A stretch of 52,512 nt of DNA from Nemertoderma westbladi. Taxonomy: Eukaryota; Animalia; Xenacoelomorpha. Below are positions 42,153 to 52,512 of the stretch, piece by piece. Where the stretch lies: positions 1 to 52,512 of the forward strand of contig JAUCBJ010007046.1 in NCBI GenBank assembly GCA_032718475.1. The letters are read 5' to 3'. The translations under genes were made by a program, and so were the position numbers. The first letter of the stretch is position 1. Every line of letters begins with the position of its first letter. The notes beneath the pieces are model-generated. The model worked only from the letters and a program-made list of their open reading frames with translations. It had not been told where the DNA came from and searched no databases.

Positions 42153-45100
42153 GTTTTATTCGTGAAAAACTAATGTCCACAATGTAACATTTTGTCCCAG
42201 GTGTAACGCTACTTGTTAGCCAATCAGACGCCTTCATTTCACAGAACGCCCACAATCTAACTTGTCTCTAATGTAACGCTACTTGTTAGCCAATCAGAAG
42301 CCTTCATTTCACAGAACGCCCACAATCTAACTTGTTGTCTCTAATGTAACGCTACTTGTTAGCCAATCATTACTCAGGAATTGACATTTAAAATATATAC
42401 CAGAAATTCAACAGTCACTTGTACTGTATGTCATGTAACGTCACTTTCATTATTAACCGTAAACTAAGGATTTATCGACCAAATGGCTAAAAATAATATT
42501 ATTCAAATCAGCAAATTATTTCGTTTGTATTATTGTATACATACAATATGAATATACATATTATTGTAACAATAATTGTACAAAATAGTTAACGGAGTCC
42601 TTAAAACCATCACAAACTTAATCTCTAAGTCTTTCACGTGTAATGCCATCACTAACGTAATCTCTAAGTCCTTCACGTGTAACGCCATCCCATCACTAAC
42701 TTAATCTCTAAGTCCTTCACGTGTAACGCCATCCCATCACTAACTTAAAGTCCTTCACGTGTAACGCCATCACTAACTTAATCTTAAGTCCTTCACATGT
42801 AACGCCACCACTAACTTAATCTCTAAGTCCTTCACGTGTAACGCCATCCCATCACTAACTTAATCTCTAAGTCCTTCACGTGTAACGCCATCACTAACGT
42901 AATCTATAAGTCCTTCACGTGTAACTAAGTCCTTCACATGTAACGCCATCACTAACTTAATCTATAAGTCCTTCACATGTAACGCCATCCCTAACTTGAT
43001 CTCTAAGTCCTTCACGTGTAACGCCATCCCATCACTAACTTAATCTCTAAGTTCTTCACGTGTAACGCCATCACTAACTTAATCTCTAAGTCCTTCACGT
43101 GTAACGCCATCACTAACTTCAATCAAGAAGTTCTTACCCGACACAACACGCCTAATTCCGTTTGACAATTGTAATGGCATGACGTTGACTTTAAGAAGTA
43201 CTGTTTTAGAACCGAAATAAAGAAAGGTAAAAAATCATGAGCTTTTCCTAAACCCTTTACGTAGTACTAGGTACATTCCTAATGACGGTATTTTTTGTAG
43301 ATTTACGTTTTCGCACAATGCTCGAGTTCTAATGAACGAATTCCTATAATTCTTTTACCTGCTGGGCTGGTAGCTAAATAAATCGCCGTTTAGAAATATC
43401 TTACTTGGAGATGTTGTGAATAAATAAAAAAAATCGATGTCGTGAAAACGAGCGTTACATGGTGGACAAAATCCTAGTGACGGCGTAATTAATTGTTAGT
43501 AAATAGTAAATATATAAAATGTGAGTAGCTTCGGTTGAAAACCACCAATAGCATGTGAAAGAGCATTAAATTTGCTTTATTTTGATGTATGGTATGTGGA
43601 ACCTTTGCTTTCATTGCTTTAGCTCAGAAGCCAAATACTTAAAAATAATTCAATGTGACATTTCAAAAAACATGCATTTTCGATATTTGAAATGGTGTCA
43701 TTCTCTAGGTTGTGAAAGGAATCTGTTGAAAATTTGCTGAAATATGAGCAGATTTCCGCTCTTCCGATTGGTATATAGGTTCATGGGGTTAAATCTGTGT
43801 CGTTTGGAAATATAACCGTGCGAATGCATGGCCATTTTGACATAAAAGTTTGGCCACTTTTTGTGAGAACGACCCACATACATAATTTTAGTTAATCTGT
43901 GTCCAACAATATCACCGGAAGTAGATAAACGTTTCTTACAAACATTACAGTTACCGAGTCTCCCCACTGCGGATACATTTGTGGATCGATACTTGATATC
44001 GGTGGGAGAAACATTTCCCGCATGTATCGCAGCTAAACGGTCGTTCACCTGTATGTAATCTCTTGTGAGCGTTTAGATTGCTACTCTGCGTAAATTCCTT
44101 CCCACACGTGTCGCACACGAACGGTCGCTCTCCACTGTGCGTACGTTTGTGTGTCTTTAGGGAACTTAGTCGAGAATAACTTTTCTCACACAGGTTGCAG
44201 TTATACGGTTTCTCTCCACTATGCGAACGTTTGTGTATCTTTAGGGAACTTAGTTGAGAGAAACGTTTGTTACAGATGCCGCATTGGTAAGGTCGCTCGC
44301 CGGTGTGGATCCGTTGCTGTTATATGCGAACGCTTTATCACAAGTATTACAGCTGAACTGCTGTTGGACGAAGGAATTATTTATTCTTTCGTGTGTTACG
44401 TCATCGTCGGAAGTGAGCATGTCTGAATCATCGGGGGATGGTTGTGATTGGCCGCCTAGAGGAAGTAATGGAGTGGATTAATAATGGAGAATATTGATTA
44501 ATATCAGAATATGTAAGTAATGCACTATAATAATGTAATAATAGAACAATAAAACTCACGAAAATCATAGAAAATTCAACACAACACAATATCCGATTTG
44601 TTTATATACGATTCGGTTTTATCGGTTTTAATCCGATTGGAGATACCAAATATATAATAAGGTGTTTTACAAAAATGAAAAATTGTGGAATGACTTTTCT
44701 AAGATTTGAACCAGCGCAGCCTAAATGCCTTATGGCTTAATACGTACTATTACTGTATATGTAGTGTAATTTCCCCGCTTCATTTTAACATAGGCCTATA
44801 CTAGAATCATGTCGAACCTCTGATAGAGATATGAGATATAATTTAAAAAAATATTAATTTTGTACAGTTCCATTATCAGGTCAATTCAAATTAAAAAAAA
44901 AAAGTTTTTGAAATCAAAATTTACTGTTGTAAATGCTGCAAAAGCATATTTCCACAGCTTAAGGAAATGTAATTACTAAAAGGGAAACATAGACATGATT
45001 GTGCTACTGGTGGCTAAATTGAATGCTTAATTGCAACATATTTAAGACAATCAATGTATTAACATAAAAAAATATTGTCTTCTAGATAGAACTTTACAAT

Positions 45101-46769
45101 TTCTGCTGTCGCGAAATATTCAAATCAAACACATTATCCAATATGTTGTAGATCAGATCAGACGCCAAATAAACTCAAACCAATGTATTTTATTAACAAT
45201 GTAATGTCGTTGAGTTAGCACATTATAAGTTCTGCAGTCGCAAAATATTCAAAGCAAACACAAATTCCCATAATGATATCTTGCAATGAATTATCTTGTA
45301 TGCAGACAATTTTAGATATAAGTTACTGTATATCACACCACCAAAACTACGATTTTATATTTTTGAACAAAATCGTATCGTGACCTCATCACCCTGCAGA
45401 ACAAAGTGGGTGTAAACGCTACGCCGACTGCCGACAACCTATCCCTGGAACCATTTTTAATTTAAGTTAAATAATTTTAACTATAGGGCCTAACATATGT
45501 GATATCGAAATTTTTTGTTTTAATTTGAATATTCAGCAAAATCATCCACATCAAATGTAACCTGAACCTGAAGTTTTCCTATGCAGGCAATACGGACTAA
45601 ATGTTGTTTAATCTAACATATAGTAACTCACCGATACCGGAAACTGTTGATTTGTGTCTTAACGGGAGATTGTAGGTGTTGGGAAGGTCTAAGTCGAAGT
45701 CGCCTAGAGGCTGAGTAGAGATGGGGGTCGAGTAGTTGGTGAGTGGGGAGAGACCCTGGGTGGTGTGGGGGTGGGGGGTCGATGTGTCTGTATGGATTCC
45801 ATGTGGTCTATTTATATCGAAAAATAATTCATTTAAGACATCGCCAACCTCACCTACGTCGGGTTTATATTCCAGTTCGTCTTCCGTCTCAATGAATATG
45901 ATTTCCGGAGCATCGGATGGCTCTGATAGAGGTTGTGTAGAATTATTGGTTGAGTTGGTTGTGGTTACTGCGGGGGTATACGATATGTTGTTATCAGATA
46001 ATAAAGTTAAACTGGCTGTATTATTAGACGATTCAGATACAATGGGGTTTGGTTTGGTGTCTATCAGACTCAGTTTGGGGTTCATTTGTATTTGATTTCC
46101 GGGGAGGTCTGCCTGGTTGAGATATGGTAACCTCACCACAGGGTGCATGGATGAGGGTTCGGTACGTGGCGTTTGTGGATTCGAGTTTCGAGATTTAGGG
46201 TGGAAACCAATTCCGGTCGCAGGATTGTCATTGTGGCAGAACCTAGTACCGCCATTTGTCGTCGCTGATGTCCTCAATGGATTCTGCGGCAGTGGCAGAC
46301 TGGTCTTACGGTACCCGGTAGTCGGGACAGTGATTGAGTTATGTATTGGGGCAAAGCCGAGGTGGTGGCGGCGTTGTTAGAGGGATAGGAGAGTGAATGC
46401 TGTAGCCACTCAGTAATGCGACCAGCCGTACAATTCTTAACAACATAATCGTCCAGAAAACACGAGTTTACTTCCAAGTATTCTTCGATAAATCTCCGCA
46501 CAAACGTGTCATTTTCTGAACAGATGTTCACGAACATAGATTTGGTAATTACCAATGCGTTGTCCGACTCACAAGTAAACCGTTCCATTGTCTGATTGTT
46601 GTCTTTTCAGAGTTCAGGTCGTCAGTCGTGCCGGTTCGAGAAGCAAATAATAAAATTTTAAACAGATATACTGATATAGGCCTATTCCAGTATTCGAATC
46701 ACTGAATAAGCGAGATGCAGTACTGTAGTGCTGCCTAACAGTAAACACCCAAACCCAATTACACTACTA
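42153..46769 (+). repeat. Tandem segmental duplication, copy 2
   Basis: Paralogous to 31318-41141; lacks the LINE. Confidence 0.92.
43951..46588 (-). pseudogene. Frameshifted paralog of the zinc-finger gene: exons 46588-45632 and 44455-43951
   Basis: Splice sites retained. 7-bp deletion in exon 1 (~46330) and 16-bp deletion in finger 1 (~44316). Confidence 0.85.
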
Positions 46770-48293
46770 CAGTACTACATAACATCATGAGTCACACTGT
46801 ACTGTTACTGCAGTACAGTAGGTCTAATGCAGGTGGAGGCCCTGAAACACGTTAGTCTTTAAGCGACCTTCAGCAGATCCTAGCTCCAGTAGATCTCACT
46901 CGAGTGGCGGCCCAAACCCTAATTAAAATTCAAAATGTATTCACGTTTGCTTAGGGTTTACCTTAATGCAATTGCAAAGTCTATTCACTAGTCGCATGTT
47001 CAGGTTGTTCCATGAAATGCAGCCAAATCGTCGGTAAAAAGGCAAAAGGGCATTTATGAATGCGGATTCCTGACAATGTCTCCCATTTTCATATTATTAA
47101 AGGCTGATGTGATTTTTGTACAAAAACATAGACATTTTATTTTTCGGATGTAAAAGGGAATTTATGTAAAATCATATAAAGGTAAAAAGCCATGTTGTGT
47201 ATGCCTACTGCTGATGTACATCCACATCACTAGCGTAGCGAGGGTAGGGTCCCAGGGTCCCGGGACCCTACCGTGGAGATTCCAACTTACACTAACTCTG
47301 AGAGCATTTTGCCATCGTCAAGTTCCGTTAAATTAAAAAAATTATAATGACAAGTGCAATAAACCAAATATTAGAAAATATTCGAAGTTGAAGTTGCGTT
47401 GGAAAGGAGCCCGACCCCAGACCAGATACAATCCACATTATCCCAGGCAGGTTGCCAAAGAAAATAAGTAGTAGAAAGGAGACCATATACCCCATCAAAG
47501 TGTTGTAGCCAGGCCTCCCGCCACACTGCCAATAATTCCCTCAGGCAACCCCGCCCCATGATAAGGCATCATAATATCATACACTGTTCTTAGAAAGCCA
47601 GCTTATTACTTAGGCCTATATTATATAATCTCTCAAAATATTTAATAGTCTGTAATGTAAAGCAATGAAATGGAGCCCAATTGACCACTGCAGGAGGGGG
47701 GCGCCCACTGGCTCCTGCCTTGGTTTCTGTGCTTTGGTTAGACGACGTCGCTGTGCCTTGCCTGTCAAGCAGGGTTCAATATATACCAATGAAAGATAGC
47801 ATAAATAAGATAGGCACTCTGACTCTGATGTAATAGGCCTATAATGAATTATGTAATTTTTTCTGGGTACACTGACCAGCGCGATTGGATATTGCGTAGC
47901 TTGTCTTGCCGAGTCACAACTAAATAACCTGTGGGTGGCTATGTATTTTAATTCAATATTATTATTAATACCATGAAAATTACTTTGAAACGTAATTAAT
48001 TAGAACATTAATTTTTTTTAATAAAAAAATATTTTTTTTTGACTTTCAACAAATCAAAAAAGTGTATTTAATAATGTACCGGTACCATAATTAGTTCAAT
48101 TTCAAAATATGGCAGTTTATAAAATAATGTACCATGGTGTGGGGTGTGGGATTGTTTCACGAAGCGACATTTAACTAAATGGAAATCGCCGATTTGTAAA
48201 TAAGGTATTTAAAAAACGGAAGCACATTTAAACTTTACGTCCCTTAATTTAAATGACATGAATTGAAATTTGCCTACTGTCATTTTGCAATAC

Positions 48294-50529
48294 TTTTATG
48301 TGGGGCGAGCCACGAAGTTGGCGGAGCCTTAGCGAATTGACACTGTTAGGGGGTGGGTCAATTTATGCAAATAGTTGTCGTCGTCGTCGTTGTCGTCGTC
48401 GCAGTGCCGGATTAACCTTAAGGCATATAAGGCACGTGCCTTAGGGCCAGCCGAAAATCCGGGCCATTTTTTTTTGCGATTCATTCCTGTGAAAAAATAT
48501 TTTTATCTGAAAAGTCCGGAAACAGAGCAAGAAAGTGCATCTTTCGACTACTTTCTATCCCTAAATTTGTGATAGAAAGTGCAAAATTCTAGCTCAATCG
48601 ACCGATAGGTGCTGTGTTATTAGTTCGAGACCTGATGGCAGGGTATTAATAAAACATGGCAAGTAAAACTTTAAATTGCTAATTATGAACAGTGGAGAAT
48701 TTAATTTTATCTATTTGTGGGGAATTATTTGTAATTATATGCTCTTAAACTTTCTAGAACAACCAAATAATGACATACTGGAAATACTGTACATAGTAAA
48801 TGTATGGCGTAGAGATATGGTAGTGCGAAATTAATTTTTTTTTACCGGAAACTAGTTTTATAAATATAGGTCATAATAGATAAAAAAAGAGGATAAAATA
48901 GTTGTAGATAAAATAGTTGTTGATAAAATAAGAGAAATAATTTCAGAAATAATTTCTTGTCACTACTGTAATTTAATTTAACCGAAATTCAGATGTTCTG
49001 CCCTCGTGTATTGAATTTTGCGTTCGATGGCATTTTAGGTGCAATTCCTGCAAAACCTAAAACTCTCGGACAGCACAATTTAATTGGGGTAAATTAAAAT
49101 TAGCGACAAATAGTGCTTATTTCCGAGACTGTTCTCTTATAGAAGATCATTACTTTATTACAGCACAAGCCCACACTTACGGTGTGTTATACTGTATTTC
49201 TCAGCATATAAGTCCTGTAAAGATACAGCGAAACCTACAGCGAAATAACAGATTTCCCACGATCCGATCAAAATTGCTAAATTCCTACAGGAGCCAGTCA
49301 GCCTTAAGGGGGCCCACAATAACCCCCACAGAAATGAAATTTTCGAAAATTTACACAATTTTTTGTAGTTTGATAGAAGGGCTTTCATAAGGTGATGTCG
49401 GTTTTCAACAGAGAATTATTTTTTTGCCTCAAAACTGCTCTTTTCAACAACATAATAATATATTGCTAATATTTATGACTCTCTGTATAAAACAACCTTT
49501 TTATCAGTTCGTCGATTTTGACTTTTTTCATCACTAAATTCCCTACTATATACTATTTTATTTTTTACTCAATTGTCATCCAACATACAAAATGTTCAGC
49601 AGCTTTAGGACTACTATCGTTGGTTTTGTAAAACATGGCCATTTGGATCTTCTAGAACCGATTTTGTAACTGCTACATTTTGTCTATCACAAAATATTTA
49701 TTCTCAAAATATAGCCCGGAAATAATAAAACCCCCCTAAATTTTTCAAAATCAATAATTTTGTGCTAAAATTATCATAGAAGATAGCCTACATTTTTAGG
49801 TCCATTTTACCAAAGCCTTGGACCAAGAACTTCAATGCAGGGTATTACAGATCTTTAAACATGAGCTAATTTACATAGAAATGCCACAAATTTATAGAAT
49901 TTTTGAAAAAACCGACCTGTTCAGAAAGTGCCATATTTTTCGAACAAACGGTTTATGAAGCTATCTATACTCAGTTTTAATAGTATATATAAGATCACAG
50001 ATAATTGTATTAAAGTTTCAGAATAGTAGCTTTATAAATAAAACAAATAGATTTGGGGTAATGGTCCCATTAATATATTAAAAATTAAAGCTTGAGAAGT
50101 TCTACCAAAACCATTACACATTTTATAGCAAAGGTTTTATAGGCATAATATGCTGTTTAGTAATGTTAAAAATTCTTGATGAAAACTATTTTTGCGAAGT
50201 ACTTATTATTAAAGTACTTAGTACTTGTTTGCACGCAGTAATCCGACGAAAATACTTTATATTTCCTTCGCAACGTAATGTTAAAAATTCTTGATGAAAA
50301 CTATTTTTGCGAAGTACTTATTATTAAAGTACTTAGTAATTATTTGCACGCAGTCATCCAACGAAAATACTTTATATTTCCTTCACAACATTTTCACAAT
50401 TTCAGTTGTTTTTAGCAGCTTTTTCTTTTAAAAGGGTTTGCGGAAAAATATCAATTTTCGGGCCATTTTTGGAAATTACTAAAATGTGCCTTAGGGCCAC
50501 CAGAGGCTTAATCCGGCACTGCGTCGTCG

Positions 50530-50560
<31 letters not shown>

Positions 50561-51438
50561 TACGATTTTGACATGCTAATAACTTTGTCGGATTTAAAGC
50601 TGCCAAGTTGAAAATTTGTAGGTATCAATATGAGCTAAAGTTGAGATTTTTGAGAGACTTTCAGACACCATCAGTGCAATGGTCTCCCGCTAGAGGGCCA
50701 CATGTCTAAACATTAAATGCCCTCCCATTTCTTTGCTTTTAATCCGTTTAAGCTGAAACTTGGCAGATATGTATTAGACCATTAGCTGTGACTTTCAAAG
50801 GAGGCGAATCCATCTGCAGTTCTCCAGTCTGCCGCTAGAGGGCCAAATGTCTGAAAGTGAAATCGTTGTCGTCGTTATGATATTGACATGCTTATAACTT
50901 TGTCGAATTTAAAGCTGCCAAGTTGAAAATTTGTTTTGTAGAAAATCAGTTCAACAGTCACCCGCTATAGGACTACTTTATGCGTGAAAGTGAATATATT
51001 CTCCCGTCTCATTGATTTTAATCAGGTTAAGCTGAATCTTGCCATATATTCTGGACCACATGCTGCGTCTTTGTGGGGGGGGGGGGGGGGGGGGGGGGGA
51101 GATTTAATCGGTCTGCCGCTATACGACGAAATTTCTGAAAGTGAGATCCGTCTCTCATTTCGTTATCCGTTATTCAAGATGAAACTTGGCCGATGTACAT
51201 ATGTACTATTCATCCATAGGCTGTGTCTTTGTGGGGCTGGAGACCCTAATCCATCTTCAGTTCTCACTATACCGCTAGAGTCAGAAATGTCTGAATAGAA
51301 ATGAAAGAGGTAAAAAGTGATTAGGCGAAATCTGCTTAAAATTTGCTAATACAGTAATACTTTCGAATTAGTACTTAAATTAAATTTAAGTCACGTCCTG
51401 CGCGAAGGCCCCACTTCGTGTTATCAATACATGTTGTT
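48294..51438 (+). mobile_element. Helentron-associated (HINE/DINE-1-like) non-autonomous element
   Basis: 5' T-run + GTGGGGC subTIR, (GTC)n microsatellite, ~145-bp internal tandem units, 3' GCCCCAC followed by a short hairpin and TT. Confidence 0.6.
48402..50521. mobile_element. Non-autonomous hAT-like element inserted in the (GTC)n tract
   Basis: Perfect 14-bp TIR CAGTGCCGGATTAA / TTAATCCGGCACTG, with CGTCGTCG on both sides. Confidence 0.85.
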
Positions 51439-51989
51439 ATGATTCCATGGTAGTAGGGCCTATAGTACTAGTTTTTAAGAATAAGTTAACTGTTCTTGAT
51501 AGAAATATTATTAAATTTACTGGAAAGCCATGACAGGCAGCATGACGACCAGACCAGTTGCTATGCCGTATAACTATTATTATGTTAATGAGTTTAAATG
51601 ACACATCATTACGTAAATGATTTAATGCTAAATGACAGGGGGATAAATGACACGCGAATAGCAGTTTCTTGAAACATAAAAACTTTCTGTTATAATTAAA
51701 GTATTATTTTTAATCTTTCCAATTAAGCCAAATTAAATGACCGTATGTAAAACAGTCCCCTCAGTTTAATTATAATATTAATTTAATTTATTAATTCAAT
51801 TTCATTTGTAATTTCAGTAACTTACTTTATAACTATGATTTTATCATATTAATTCTTAATAGCGGATTTTCTAAATTACTCATCTTTACTGGGGGGGGGG
51901 GGGGGGGGGGCTTTACTGGGGGAATGAACATGTACTGGTGCGCATTACTCAGAATGAGTAGTATACCGACTACTGTACTACAGGCTACA

Positions 51990-52319
51990 GGTTGGGTGCA
52001 ACCTTCGCCCGAGTACAACCTTCGCCCGCGTCCAATCTTCGCCCGCGTCCACACTTCACCAAGGGGAAAACCTTCGCCCGCAAGGCAATCTTCCACCGCG
52101 AACAACCTTCGCCCAATAAGATTTGTAGTTACCAATTAAGGGAAAGGAGCAGGTTACAGAGACGGCTTCTTCTAACCAAAACATAAACGATGTTGTTACC
52201 AATTTAAGGTAAGGAGCAGGTTACAGAAACGGCTTTTTCTAACCAAAACAATAATTGTTTAGTTGGCGATGGTTGCTCGCGGGAGAAGATTGTCTGCGGG
52301 CGAAGTTTGCTGCGTACCC
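51990..52319. mobile_element. Small foldback MITE with subterminal CAACCTTCGCCCG repeats
   Basis: Tandem CAAYCTTCGCCCG on the left and inverted copies on the right; carries two 68-bp units. No TSD recognised. Confidence 0.55.
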
Positions 52320-52512
52320 TACTAAACATTACACATCACGTGTGGCGGGCATTTTGTTAAAATTCCAAACAATCACACCTGGACTACGCTGGGGGGGGGG
52401 GGGGGGGGGGGCTCTTCCCCAACACCCACAACTACTACAGTATAAATATGAATTACAATTTGGGGTCTGGGACCCTACCGTAGGAAATTCCTGGCTACGC
52501 GGCTGATCCACA

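Larger units (their letters stand above)
47228..52505. mobile_element. Non-autonomous hAT-like element, 5.3 kb, with nested insertions
   Basis: Ends CACTAGCGTAGCGAGG / CCTGGCTACGCGGCTG. TSD ATCCACAT at 47220-47227 and ATCCACA at 52506 to the window end. Subterminal GGGACCCTACCGT near both ends. Confidence 0.75.

Noticed and set aside
51075-52411. Poly-G tracts as functional G-quadruplexes
   Set aside because: G/C homopolymers occur throughout the window inside repeats, and their lengths are unreliable.

Overview
Eukaryotic, most likely marine-invertebrate, genomic DNA made almost entirely of nested transposable elements plus one tandemly duplicated C2H2 zinc-finger gene. From left to right: (1) a 5.9-kb IS3EU-type DNA transposon (559-6429) with minisatellite-filled TIRs, an intact DDE transposase and a convergent, intact zinc-ribbon + HECT E3 ubiquitin ligase ORF; (2) a CsRn1-clade Ty3/Gypsy element (8306-11062) with near-identical LTRs but no integrase; (3) a partial-tandem Penelope-like element (12688-19729) with an intact RT-GIY-YIG ORF and two minimal hammerhead ribozymes, whose 3' end fuses in frame to an internally deleted BEL/Pao gag-protease ORF; (4) an orphan triple zinc-knuckle ORF preceded by a strongly base-paired leader; (5) a Mutator-like foldback element; (6) a 5'-truncated LINE with intact ORF2; (7) two copies of a two-exon zinc-finger gene, one intact and one frameshifted, whose finger differences cluster at DNA-contact positions and whose N-terminus resembles the PDE10/PDE5 N-terminal segment; (8) a nest of non-autonomous hAT and Helentron-like elements. 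No rRNA, tRNA or CRISPR array was found. Family assignments rest on motif recognition by eye and from memory; no searches or folding programs were run.
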